From Isurus oxyrinchus (lineage: Eukaryota), in assembly GCA_026770705.1 (NCBI GenBank), contig JANJGN010000150.1, positions 806,001-870,000 on the forward strand: 64,000 bases of DNA, read 5' to 3'. Under the pieces are notes generated by a model. That model was not told where the DNA came from and did not search any database. It saw nothing but the letters and a program-made list of their open reading frames with translations. Positions 1 to 12,013 of this stretch are shown here, piece after piece. The position numbers and the translations under genes were made by a program. Position 1 is the first letter of the stretch. Each line of letters starts with the position of its first letter.

Positions 1-859
1 CGATGCTCCATCCTTCTTATAGATTCTTTCTTTCTTACTGGAATATATCTTCATTGGCATTTATGAAAGATCTCTTTAGATGCCTATTACTCCTCATCTA
101 CCCACCACACCCCCCCTTTAACCTGCTGTCCCACTCTACTTGGGCCGACTCTGCTTTTAACCCTTGTAATTGCCTTTAGTTAAGTTTATGACACTAGCTT
201 CAGAACCAAGTTTCTAAACTGAATATTAAATTTCAACACCGTATGATTACTCTTCCCTTGAGGGTCCTTTACAATGAGATGTTAATTAGTCTTGTCTCAT
301 TAAACATTGCCAGGTCTAAAACAGCCTCTTCCCTGGTTGGTTCCATGTTGGATTGTTCTAAAATACTGTCCTGAATACAATCTGTATAATCTCGCTGAAA
401 GCTACATTTGCTAATCTGATTTGTCTAATCGATATGACGATTGAAAACTCCCATGATTAATGTGGTGCCTTTCTCACAGACCTCCTCATGTATTGATTTA
501 TAATCTACCCCTGCAGTGTAACTACTGTCAGGGTGGAGTATAAACCAACCCATCAGAGATTTCTTTCCCTTGCAATTCCTTATGTTCACCCAAACTGACT
601 GTGCATCTTGACATCTGAGCCAAAATCATTTCTCACTATTTTACAGGTCTCATCTTTTATTAACAGAGCGACCCCACCTCCTTTTCATTTTTCCTATCCT
701 TTCAAAGATTCCAAATATCCTTCAATTTTCAATTTCCAACCTTGGTCACCTTGCAACCAACTCTCTGCAGTGTCCATCTTATCGTACCCATTAATCTCTA
801 TTTGTGCTATGACTTCATTCATTTGTTCCAACTTTATATTTTATATATTCATTCTTCCA

Positions 860-1585
860 TGGGAAGTGGGCATCACTGGCTAGGCCAGCATTTATGGCCC
901 ATCCCTAATTACCTTGAGAAGGTGGTGGTGAGCTGCCTTCCTGAACCTCTGCACTCCATGTGGTGTAGGTACACCCACAATGCAGTTAGAGAAGGAAGTC
1001 CAAGATTTTGACCAAGTGGCAGTGAAGGGACGCCAATATATTTCAAAATCAGGATGATGTGTGGCTTGGAGGGGAACTTCCAGGTGGTGGTGTTCCCCTA
1101 TGTCTGCTGCCCTTGTCCTTCTCAATGGTAGAGGTCGTGGGATTGGAAGGTGCTGTTGAAGGAACCTTGCTGAGTTGCTGAAGTTCATGTTGTAGATGGG
1201 ACACACTGCTGCCACTGTGCATTGACGATGGAGGGAGTGAGTGTTGCTGTGGTTGAGGGAGAGCCAATCAAGCGGGGCTGCTTTGTCCAGGGTGGTGTCG
1301 AGCTTCTTGAGTGTTGTTGGAGCTGCACTCATCCAGGCAAGTGGAGAGTATTCCATTCACACTCCTGCCTTGTGCTATGTCGATGATGGACAGGATTTGA
1401 GGAGTCAGGAGGTGAGTTACTCACCGCAGGATTCCCAGCCTCTGAGCTGCTCTTGTAGCCACAATGTTTATGTGGCTGACCCAGTTCAGATTCTCGTCAA
1501 TGGTAACCCCCAGGCTGTTAACACTGGGGGATTCAGTGATGGTGCTGCCATTGAATATCAAGGGGAGATGGTTAGATTCCCTCTT
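860..1585 (-). mobile_element. CR1/L2-clade LINE 3' fragment; related copies at ~8225-8690, 11080-11540, 33900-34930, 40860-41020, 56780-57810 (+)
   Basis: Degenerate ORF2 C-terminal peptide MEYSPLAWMSAAPTTLKKLDT recurs at many loci with stops and frameshifts; boundaries approximate. Confidence 0.75.
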
Positions 1586-1752
1586 GCGTGCATTCAGATT
1601 AAGAACCTATCTGTCTTTACCCCATTTCCCCTACTCTGACCTTATTTGCTGGGATAAAAACAAAGAAAACTGCGGATGCTGGAAATCCAAAACAAAAACA
1701 GAATTCCCTGGAAAAACTCAGCAGGTCTGGCAGCATCGGCGGAGAAGAAAAG

Positions 1753-1791
1753 AGTTGACGTTTCGAGTCCTCATGACCCTTCGACAGAACT
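1753..1791 (-). ncRNA. Minimal hammerhead-ribozyme-like motif (inverted pLTR copy)
   Basis: Exact reverse complement of 4654-4692. Confidence 0.65.
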
Positions 1792-1904
1792 TGATTTCGA
1801 GTCCAAGAAAGAGTTGAAATATAAGCTGGTTTAAGGTGTGTGTGTGTGGGGGGCGGAGAGATAGAGAGAGACAGAGGTGCTTGTGTAGCCCCCAGTTTCA
1901 TTTT

Positions 1905-4263
1905 ATCCTTCGGCTCATCTGACGCCTCAACAAGAAACTTTTTCTCTTTCTCTCAACTGCTAAGGAACGTAAGCTCCAACAACTCATCGACACCAACACC
2001 CATCTAGGACCCTCCACCCCAGCCTGTCCCTCCGTCCCCACCCCATCTTCCAATCCCAGCCCCAGCCGTGTATTCACTATACCCCCTGACCTTCCCCTCT
2101 CCGATGCTGAACGTTCAGTGCTCAGCAAATGACTTAGTTTCATACCCTTACGCCCTCACCTCAATGAATTTCGGGCTCAGCATGATACTGAACTCTTCTT
2201 TCGCCGTCTTCGTCTCCGGGCTCACTTCTTTGGGCAGGAGTCCTCTCCCAGTTCAACGGATCCTTTTACCCATCTCCAATATTCTCCCACCACCTGGACC
2301 CCTCCCTCTGGATTCTTACCTTCTCTTGATCTTTTCATTGAGAACTGTCGGCGCGACATTAGTCGTCTCAATTTCTCTGCTCCTCTCACCCATTCTAACC
2401 TGTCTCTCTCTGAACTTACTGCACTCCATTCTCTCAGGTCCAACCCTGACATTGTCATCAAACCCGCTGACAAGGGTGGTGCTGTTGTTGTCTGGCACAC
2501 TGACCTCTACCTCGCGGAGGCTGAGCGTCAACTCGCAGACACTTCCTCCTACCTCTCCCTGGACCATGACCCCACCACTGAACATCAAGCCATTGTTTCC
2601 AGGACTGTCACTGACCTCATCTCCTCTGGGGATCTCCCTCCCACAGCTTCCAACCTGATAGTCGCCCAACCTCGGACGGCCCGCTTCTATCTCCTACCCA
2701 AAATCCACAAACAGAACTGCCCCGGTAGACCGATCGTCTCAGCTTGCTCCTGCCCCACAGAACTCATTTCTCGTTATCTTGACTCCCTTCTCTCTCCCCT
2801 TGTCCAGTCCCTTCCCACCTACATCCGTGATTCCTCTGACACCTTATGTCACATCAACAATTTCCAGTTCCCTGGCTCCAACGGCTTCCTCTTCACCATG
2901 GACGTCCAATCCCTCTACACCTCCATCCCCCACCAGGATGGTCTGAGGGCCCTTAGCTTCTTCCTCGAACAGAGGCCCGAACAATCCCCATCCACCACTA
3001 CTCTCCTCCGTCTGGCTGAACTTGTTCTCACGTTGAACAATTTCTCCTTCAACTCCTCTCACTTTCTCCAAATAAAAGGTGTGGCTATGGGTACCCGCAT
3101 GGGCCCCCAGCTATGCCTGTCTCTTTATGGGGTATGTGGAACATTCCTTGTTGCAGTCCTACCCCGGCCCCCTTCCACAACTTTTTCTCCGGTACATCGA
3201 TGATTACTTCGGTGCCGCTTCATGCTCTCGTCGGGACTTGGAAAAATTTATTAATTTTGCTTCCAATCTCCACCCCTCCATCATTTTCACGTGGTCCATC
3301 TCTGACACTTCCCTTCCCTTCCTTGACCTCTCTGTCTCAATCTCTGGTGATAGACTGTCCACCAATACCCATTACAAACCCACCGACTCCCACAGCTACC
3401 TCGACTACAGCTCCTCACACCCCGCTTCCTGTAAGGACTCCATCCCATTCTCCCAGTTCCTTCGCCTTCGTCGCATCTGTTCCGATGATGCTACCTTCAA
3501 AAACGGTTCCTCTGACATGTCCTCCTTCTTCCTTAACCGAGGTTTTCCACCCACGGTCGTTGACAGGGCCCTCAACCGTGTCCGGCCCATCTCCCGCGCA
3601 TCCGCCCTCACGCCTTCTCCTCCCTCCCAGAAACATGATAGGGTCCCCCTTGTCCTCACTTATCACCCCACCAGCCTCCGTATTCAAAGGATCATCCTCC
3701 GCCATTTCCGCCAACTCCAGCATGATGCCACCACCAAACACATCTTCCCTTCACCCCCCTTATCGGCATTCCGTAGGGATCGCTCCCTCCGGGACACCCT
3801 GGTCCACTCCTCCATCACCCCCTACTCCTCAACCCCCTCCTATGGCACCACCCCATGCCCACGCAAAAGATGTAACACCTGCCCCTTCACTTCCTCTCTC
3901 CTCACCGTCCAAGGGCCCAAACGCTCCTTTCAAGTGAAGCAGCATTTCACTTGCATTTCCCCCAACTTAGTCTACTGCATTCGTTGCTCCCAATGTGGTC
4001 TCCTCTACACTGGAGAGACCAAACGTAAACTGGGCGACCGCTTTGCAGAACACCTGCGGTCTGTCCGCAAGAATGACCCAAACCTCCCTGTCGCTTGTCA
4101 TTTTAACACTCCACCCTGCTCTCATGCCCACATGTCTGTCCTTGGCTTGCTGCATTGTTCCAGTGAAGCCCAACGCAAACTGGAGGAACAACACCTCATC
4201 TTCCGACTAGGCACTTTACAGCCTTCCGGACTGAATATTGAATTCAATAACTTTAGGTCGTGA
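1905..4263 (+). pseudogene. Penelope RT-GIY-YIG ORF disrupted by a stop near 2130 and a frameshift near 3105
   Basis: ORFs 2898-3203 and 3079-4263 join across the GGGCCCCCAG run; in-frame TGA at ~2130. Confidence 0.85.
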
Positions 4264-4653
4264 GCTCCCTCCCCCATCCCCACCCCCTTTCTGTTTCCCC
4301 CTTTTTTCCCCTTTTTCATCCCTATAAATTTTATAGATTTTTCTTTTCCCACCTATTTCCATTATTTTTAAATATTTTAAAATCTTTTATGCTCCCCCCA
4401 CCCCCACTAGAGCTGTACCTTGAGTGCCCTACCATCCATTCTTAATTAGCACATCCGTTTAGATAATATCACCAACTTTAACTTTAACACCTATGTGTTC
4501 TTTTGTACCATTGTCACTGACATCTTTTGATGATCTGCTTCTATCACTGCTTGTTTGTCCATACAAGCACCTCTGTCTCTCTCTATCTCTCCGCCCCCCA
4601 CACATACACCTTAAACCAGCTTATATTTCAACTCTTTCTTGGACTCGAAATCA

Positions 4654-4692
4654 AGTTCTGTCGAAGGGTCATGAGGACTCGAAACGTCAACT
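4654..4692 (+). ncRNA. Minimal type I hammerhead-ribozyme-like motif in the Penelope pLTR
   Basis: AGTT-CTGTCGA-A-GGGTC-ATGAG-GACTC-GAAA-CG-TC-AACT: stem I AGTT/AACT, stem II GGGTC/GACTC, palindromic ACGT in place of stem III, GUC cleavage triplet; core has U at position A6. Confidence 0.65.
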
Positions 4693-6283
4693 CTTTTCTT
4701 CTCCGCCGATGCTGCCTTATTTGCTGGGACACTGGTTGATGCTGGTTTCAGTCTCAGTTTGTCTCAGTTGGTCACACTCTGGCCTCTGTCTCGAGACTGA
4801 TGTTCCCTCTTGGTAGTGACAGTGATAGGGGTGTTGGGGAGGGTGTGTATATTGACCCCACTGCTCCCCCTCCCCCACTCCGCCATTCTTTCCTGGGAGA
4901 CCCGCCAGGAACCTTGTTCCAGCTGCGATGGGCAGCCCTTCCACACTTTCCTGTGGGCCCCGCACTTCATGTGTAAAAGCGCTAAGTTAGAGCGGGGATG
5001 GGGAAATGAACAGGGGGCATGGGATAAGTGTGGGGGTCTCACAGCCAGAACTGACCCTGCCCTTAACTCTGTGGAGGGGGGGAGGTTTCACCAGCTCTCT
5101 GTCTTAACAATATCGTAAACACAGGGTGAAGATTGTCCCCATTTCCTGTATCTTAATAATATTGTAAAGACAACTGGGAGAAGTCCTGCAGTCTCTGAGA
5201 AAGAATTTGGTGCACCTACAGCACCACCACTGGCAGGAGAGTGTAAGTACAGTGTGACATTTTACATGGGAAATTTTCATGATAAATGTGGACACAGGAA
5301 TTTTTGATAATTTGGTGGGGAAATGCAATGATATGAAATAACAGATTGGAGCAGGAAGGTTGTCCCAGAGTAAGATGTTTAATAAAAATATATCTGTACA
5401 GAGTTGTCTGGGCATTTCAATCCCTTGTGACAATAAATGTAATATTATAGAAAATGCAAAGGCTTCTTGTAATCTATCACAGAATAAACAAGTTGCAGAA
5501 TTCAGAAAGCACTTTCTGAAATGTTAACAAGGTTCAGTGACGTCACATTTCTGCTAATTACTATTCGGCCATGTTGGCTGCACGCAGTCAGGCAGTCCCT
5601 CGGTTGTGATGTGTCCACACAGCAGGACTGGGATGCATCAGCATCAAAGGACATGCTTAGTTGTTGCTGTGCAATGCATTTATTGCGAGCCTGTTGCACA
5701 CATGCCCTGTTGAAGGAGCCTCCGTGTTTCCATTCTGAATCGCGGCAGATCAATATTACTACAACAACTTGCATTTATATAGCACCCATAATGTAGCAAA
5801 CTATCCCAAAGCTCTTCAGGGGATTGTTAACCACATATAAATCCATCTCTGAGACACATAATGAGATATTAGGGACAGGTGACCAAAAGCTGAGTTAACA
5901 AAGCCAGTTAATAAGGACCATGTTAAAGGACGAGAGAGAGAGAGAGAGATAGAGAAGCAGAGGGAGAGAGATAGAGAGATAGAGAGAGAGGGACAGACAG
6001 AGAATGAAAGAGAGATAGAGAGACAGAGAGAGAGAGACAGAGAAGGAGAGAGAGATAGAGAGACAGAGAAGGAGAGAGAGAGACACTGAATTTCTGTCCC
6101 CAATGACTCAGCATCAGGTCGTCACTGGGGAAACATTTCATTCCAAACCACACCATCCACAGATCCATTCAGTCCCTTCCTCCCTCTCTCCCCCTGTCCC
6201 CCAGTGGGTTGTCTCGTGTTCCATGGAATCTTAAGCCCTGCCCCCACCCACAAACATCCTCACCCCCTATCCCCGTTTCACAC

Positions 6284-6532
6284 TCAGTTTGGCTTGAATC
6301 TGATCTGTGCGTATTCCGTCTGCTCTTCCCTGTGGACAGACCCATCACCACTGGGCACCCTGAAGACTTGGGGATTGGCGTAGAGAAGGTCGTTGGGATT
6401 GTCAGGGATTCCATGTCCAGCATCGCCTCCCACTGGACCTTCAGAGAGACCCCGGGGAGCTGGGGTCTCCCCCTCACTAGTTGTGTCTCTGGTTGTTTCC
6501 CGGGGCTCAGTAATCAGCATGTTCTGTTTACC
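6284..6532 (-). CDS. Siglec-like gene A, distal terminal cytoplasmic exon (GKQN...DLLYANPQV...QTEYAQIRFKPN*)
   Basis: Acceptor tttctctgtag, phase 0, ITSM-type TEYAQI; minus-strand AATAAA at 5679-5684. Confidence 0.8.
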   Translation of the reverse strand, partial: GKQNMLITEPRETTRDTTSEGETPAPRGLSEGPVGGDAGHGIPDNPNDLLYANPQVFRVPSGDGSVHREEQTEYAQIRFKPN

Positions 6533-6676
6533 CTACAGAGAAATGGAAACAGAAGACATCCGCACATCATTTACTGGCACTGATAGGGTTAAATTATTGT
6601 GCAGCCTCGTTAGTGTCAGTCATGTCTCAGTGGGTTTAAATTTCTCTCATATCATATAAAAGTCACCACCTATGGC

Positions 6677-6975
6677 AATGCAGCACTCCCTCAATACTGA
6701 CCATCCGACAGTGCAGCACTCCCTCAGTACTGACCCTCCGACAGTGCAGCACTCCCTCAGTACTGACCCTCCGACAGTGCAGCACTCCCTCAATACTGAC
6801 CATCCGACAGTGCAGCACTCCCTCAGTACTGACCCTCCGACAGTGCAGCACTCCCTCAGTACAGACCCTCTGACAGTGCAGCACTCCCTCAGTACTGACC
6901 CTCCCACAGTGCAGCACTCCCTCAATACTGACCCTCAGACAGTGCAGCACTCCCTCAGTACTGACCCTCTGTCAG
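6677..6975. repeat. 33-bp minisatellite CAGTACTGAGGGAGTGCTGCACTGTCGGAGGGT; further arrays at ~9640-9815, 19572-19840, 20050-20480, 20690-21020, 26378-26580, 36140-36900, 43160-43510, 46008-46540, 48606-48975, 54477-54860, 62045-62340
   Basis: 11-aa periodic spurious ORFs (VQHSLSTDPPT); unit resembles part of Deu-domain SINEs. Confidence 0.95.
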
Positions 6976-7129
6976 TCCCGCACCCCCTCGGTAATGTCTC
7001 TGGCGAGTGCTGGCTTAGATTCTGCACTCAGGTGCCTGGTGTGAGGCTCAATAACATGAATCTTGTAATCAGAGAAATGATGAGAAAGAGAGAGAGAGGG
7101 AGAAAGAGAGAGGAAGGATTATGAATCTA

Positions 7130-7873
7130 TTCATGTATGTATTGTAATTGGAAATTGTCTTTTTAAACAGAGGTTTAGTCTGTGGGTGTGTGTGTGTCTG
7201 TTTTAATTGGATTGAAGCCAGCCGGTCTGGGGACTTTGATGTATAGTAGCTTTGAGATGTAAACAAAGAGGTAAAGAGGCATATTGCATTTTTAAAAGGA
7301 GGATTCAAAGCCTGGGAGTGAATTCTTAAACCACTCAATGTTGATATTATTAATAAAATTGATACTATGAAACGGGATTTATTGTTAGAAGAGATGGAGT
7401 TCAAAGGTCCTGATGATACAATGAGAATTTACATTCAAAGAGAAGCATTGGGTATAACTTGAGCAGTTTTGTGTGTGCAGAGCAGAGGCTTGTAACATCA
7501 AAGCAGCTGTAAGCCTACACCTGTCTGCAAAGGCATCAAAGTGAAAGGAACTTCATTTGGAATGTGTCAGGTGAAAATGCTTTGCTTGGAATCTGCTTAA
7601 AGTCTATGGGTTTTCTTAGAGGAGATTAGTTTGGGAATTTGTTATAAAGTTATGATAATACTAGTTTGTAGCCACGTGCATATGTTTAACTTGTGTAAAT
7701 TAATAAATGTCTCATGTAGTTTGATATAAACCCATCTCAAGAACTGATTGTCTTATTCCTGAATTTAAAGATGAATCTCAAACATTCCACTGGGAAATAT
7801 AGGTTATGACAGTTGTTTAAAGTTTCCCTCTGGGATTTTAAACAACAGCCTTTACCAGTTGCTGTGTCATAAC
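7130..7873 (+). mobile_element. Possible solo LTR (second copy ~9967-10725)
   Basis: ~750 bp, internal AATAAA, ends TGTCATAACA; the second copy starts TGACATGA; no clean TSD found. Confidence 0.35.
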
Positions 7874-8009
7874 AGAGAGACAGTGTGATACTGAACCATT
7901 GCTGACTCCACAGGTACAAATCAGTGGGTAACTGGGCAGGGAATCTGGGACATGTGTTGTCTACGCACTGAGATTGAAGCTTTGGAGTGAGTGAAAACAG
8001 CTCCTGTAC

Positions 8010-8091
8010 CTGGTGCTTCACAGAGAGTGGACTGGGGGTCAATGCAATGTCTCTGGTCCCTGAAACTCTCTCCGCCATCGCTGTCTTTCTC
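8010..8091 (-). CDS. Gene A distal 82-nt juxtamembrane exon (RKTAMAERVSGTRDIALTPSPLSVKHQ)
   Basis: ttattgcag acceptor, CAG|gtacag donor; phase 2 to 0 fits the TM and terminal exons. Confidence 0.8.
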
Positions 8092-9248
8092 CTGCAATAA
8101 CACAATATCGAACTGTGGTTATCATATAGCAGAGAGTCAGTGCAGCACAGACACAGAGCCCACTGTAACCTTACACCAACGAATGGGACTGTCTCTTTAA
8201 ACCACTTCTGCACAAAGCACAGAATCAAGAAACTTGACACCATCCAGGACAAAGCAGCCCGATTGATCCACACCCCATCCCCCACATTAAACATTCAGTC
8301 CCTCCACCATGAACACACAGTGGCAGCAGTGTGTGTACCATCTACAAGATGCACTGCAGCAACTCAGCAAGGATCCTTCAACAGCACCTTCCAAACCCAC
8401 GACCTCTACCATCTAGAAGGACAAGGGCAGCAGACACATGGGAACACCACCACCTGGAAGTTCCCCTCCAAGTCACTCACCATCCTGACTTGGAAATATA
8501 TCACCGTTCCTTCACTGTCGCTGGGTCAAAATCCTGGAGCTCTCTCTCTAACAGCACTGTGGGTGTACCTACACCACATGGACTGCAGCGGGTCAATAAG
8601 GCAGCTCACCACCACCTTCTCAAGGGCAATTAGGGATGGGCATTAACGCTGACATCACCAGTGACAGCCACATTCGATGAAAGAATTAAAAATCTCACAG
8701 TTCAATATATTTATTGTGACCCTGCTGCACACACGCCCTATCGAAGGAGCCTTTGAGGTTCCATTGTTAATTGAAGCAGATCAGAGTTACTACAACTACT
8801 TGCATTTATATAGCACCTTCAATGTAGCAAAACGTCCCAAGGCTCATGCGGGGATTGTTAGTCACATCTTCACCTGACTCTGAGGCACATGAGGAGATAT
8901 TAGGGACAGGAGACCAACAGCTGAGTCAAAAAAGTCAGTTATTAACGGGCATCTTAAAGGAGGAGCTGGAGATAGAGAATGAGAGACAGACACAGAAAGA
9001 AAGACAGAGACAGAGAGAGAGACAGAGAGACAGAGAGACAGAGAGAGACAGTGAATCTCGGTCCCCAATGGCTCAGCATCCAGTCCTCTCTGGAGAAGCA
9101 TTTCATTCCAAACCACACCAACCGCAGCCCAATCCAATCCCTTCCTCCCTCTCTCCCCCTCTCCCCCAGTGGGTTGTTTCCTGTTCCCAGGAATCTCAAT
9201 CCCTACCCGCACACCCACATCTCCTCACTCCCACTCCCCATTTCTCAT

Positions 9249-9497
9249 TCAGTTATGCTCGAACCTGATCTGTGCGTATTCCGTCTCCTCTTCCCTGTGG
9301 ACAGACCCATCACCACTGGAAACCCTCAAAACTTGGGGATTGGCGTAGAGAAGCTCGGCGGGATTGTCGGCGTTCCCATGTCCAGCATCGCCTCCCACTG
9401 GACCTTCAGAGAGACCCCGGGGAGCTGGGGTCTCCCCCTCGCTAGTTGTGTCTCTGGTTGTGTTCCGGGGCTCAGTAATCAGCACGTTCTGTTTACC
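9249..9497 (-). CDS. Gene A proximal terminal exon (GKQN...ELLYANPQV...ETEYAQIRFEHN*)
   Basis: Phase-0 acceptor, ITSM-type TEYAQI; minus-strand AATAAA at 8710-8715. Confidence 0.88.
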   Translation of the reverse strand, partial: GKQNVLITEPRNTTRDTTSEGETPAPRGLSEGPVGGDAGHGNADNPAELLYANPQVLRVSSGDGSVHREEETEYAQIRFEHN

Positions 9498-10861
9498 CTA
9501 CAGAGAAATGGAAACAGAAGACATCCTCACATCATTTACTGGCACTGATAGGGTTAAATTATTGTGCAGCCTCGCTAGTGTCGGTCGTGTCTCAGTAGGT
9601 TTAACGCTCTCTCTCATGTCATATGATAGAAACCACATGTGACAGTGCAGCAGAACTCCCTCAGTTCTGACCATCCGACAATGCAGCGCTCCCTCAGTCC
9701 TGACCCTCTGACAGTGCAGCACTCCCTCAGTACTGACCCACCAACAGTGCAGCGCTCCCTCTGTACTGATCCTCCGACAGTGCAGCACTCCCTCAGTACT
9801 GACCCTCTGTCAGTCTCGCACTCCCTCGGTTATGGCTCTGGCGAGTGCTGGTTTGGATTCTGCACTCAAGTGTCTGATCTGAGGCTCATTAACATGAACC
9901 TTGTAATCAGAGAGAGAATGAGAGAGAGAGAGAGAAAGAAAGAGAGGTAGGGATAGAGAGAGAGACTGACATGATGCGATTAATGAATATCATGTTATTG
10001 GAAATTATTTTTATTAAAATAGAGGTTTATTCTGTGGGTGTGTCTGTGTGTGTATTAATTAGATTAAAGCCAGCCAGTCTGGGTACTTTGATGTATAGTA
10101 GTTTTGAGATGTAAACAGGGAGGCAAAGAGGTAATTTGCATTTTTAAACAGCGCATTCAGTGCCTGAGAGCGAAATCTTAAACCAATCAACGTTCATATT
10201 ACTAATAAAATTGAGACAATGAAAGGGGATTTATTGTTAGAAGAGATGGAGTTCAAAGGTCCTGATGATGCAATGAGAATTTACATTCAAAGAGAAGCAC
10301 TGGGTATAACTTGAGCAGTTTTGTGTGTGCAGAGCAGAGGCTTGTAACATCAAAGCAGCTGTAAGCCTACACCTGTCTGCAAAGGAACCAAAGTGAAAGG
10401 AACCTCATTTGGAATTTGTGAGGTGAAAATGCTTTGCCTGGTGTCTGCTTAAAGTCTATGGGTTGTGTTAGAGGAGATTAGTTTGGGAATTTGTTAAAAA
10501 GCCATGGTAATACTAGCTTGTAGCCATGTGCATATGTTTAACTTGTGTTAATTAATAAATGGCTTATGTAGTTTGATATAAACCCATCTCAAGAACTGGT
10601 GGTCTTATTCCTGAATTTAAAGCTGCATCTCAAACATTCCACTGGGAAATATAGGTTATGACAGTTGTTTAAAGTTTCCCTCTGGGATTTTAAACAACAG
10701 CCTTTACCAGTTGCTGTGTCATAACAGAGAGACAGCATGATACTGAACCATTGCTGACTCCACAGGTACAAATCACTGGGTAACTGGGCAGGGAATCTGG
10801 GACTTGTGTTGTCTACACACTGAGATTGAAGCTTTGGAGTGAGTGTAAACAGCTCCTGTAC

Positions 10862-10943
10862 CTGGTGCTTCACAGAGAGTGGACTGGGGGTCAATGCAAT
10901 GTCACTGGTCCCTGAAACTCTCTCCTCCATCACTGTCTTTCTC
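10862..10943 (-). CDS. Gene A proximal 82-nt juxtamembrane exon (RKTVMEERVSGTSDIALTPSPLSVKHQ)
   Basis: Canonical AG/GT, phase 2 to 0. Confidence 0.88.
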
Positions 10944-11916
10944 CTGTAATAACACAATATCACACTGTGGTTATCATATAGCAGAGAGTCAGTGCACCAC
11001 AGATACAGAGCCCACTAAAACCTTACACCAACGACTGGACTGTCTCTTTAAATCAGTTCTATACAAATCACAGAATAAAGAAGCTTGACACCATCCAGGA
11101 CAAAGCAGCTCGATTGATCCACACCTCATCCATCACATTAAACATTTACTCCCTCCACCATGAACACACAGTGGCAGCAGTGTGTGTACCATCTACAAGA
11201 TGCACTGCAGCAACTCAGCAAGGATCCTTCAACAGCACCTTCCAAACCCACGACCTCTACCATCTAGAAGGACAAGGGCAGCAGACACATAGGAACACCA
11301 CCACCTGGAAGTTCCCCTCCAAGTCACTCACCATCCTGACTTGGAAATATATCACCGTTCCTTCACTGTCGCTGGGTTAACATCCTGGAACTCCCTCTCT
11401 AACAGCACTGTGGGTGTACCTACACCACATGGACTGCAGCGGGTCAAGAAGGCAGCTCACTACCTCCTTCTCAAGGGGCAATTAGAGATGGGCAATTAAT
11501 AGCGGCCTCACCAGTGACAGCCACATTCGATGTAAGAATTAAAAATCTCACAGCTCAGGAGGAAGCCACTCAGCCCATCGTGCCTGTGCTGGCCCTTTGA
11601 AAAAACTGTCCAATTAGTCCCAATACCCAGACTGTTCAATCGTTCCTGATGGTTATAACCACCACTCCGGTTGTGTGGAATCACAAGGTGACCTGATACA
11701 ATCCAGGAGTAATCGTGCAGAGTGAGGAATCTCTGGGTCTCGTGATCGTTTAGCTGGATACAGGACAATGAAAGGTTCTCTCCGGATCAGAGTGGACACA
11801 GGGACCACTTACAGAGAGGGACCTGGTGCTGATCCCAAGGGAAACAATCACCGACTTAAGGAAAGAACTTTGAAGTAAATATTTAAATTAAAATCAAGTT
11901 AAATCTTCAGACTTAC

Positions 11917-12013
11917 TTTCTCACACAGATGAAGATGAAGATTCCAGCCAGGAAAACACTCAACATGATCCCAGCCGTGAACAATCCTACTGTCCATTTA
12001 CTGGAGTCTCTAC
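11917..12013 (-). CDS. Gene A TM exon (RDSSKWTVGLFTAGIMLSVFLAGIFIFICVRK), uncharged
   Basis: 97 nt, ttttacag acceptor, AA|gtaagt donor, hydrophobic stretch. Confidence 0.9.

Larger units (their letters stand above)
1655..4714 (+). mobile_element. Penelope-like retroelement (RT + GIY-YIG), 5'-truncated, with inverted terminal repeat copy and 15-bp TSD
   Basis: RT motifs MDVQSLYTSI, GVAMGTRMGP(SYA), RYIDD; GIY-YIG segment NLVYCIRCSQCGLLYTGET; ~1729-1884 is the reverse complement of ~4563-4716; CCTTATTTGCTGGGA at 1640-1654 and 4715-4729. Confidence 0.92.
5678..11552. repeat. Tandem ~2.9-3.0 kb duplication (units ~5678-8700 and ~8709-11552) carrying the cytoplasmic exon pair
   Basis: Colinear similarity over microsatellite, terminal exon, 33-bp array, LTR-like segment, 82-nt exon and LINE piece; both units end in AAGAATTAAAAATCTCACAG. 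Confidence 0.9.
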
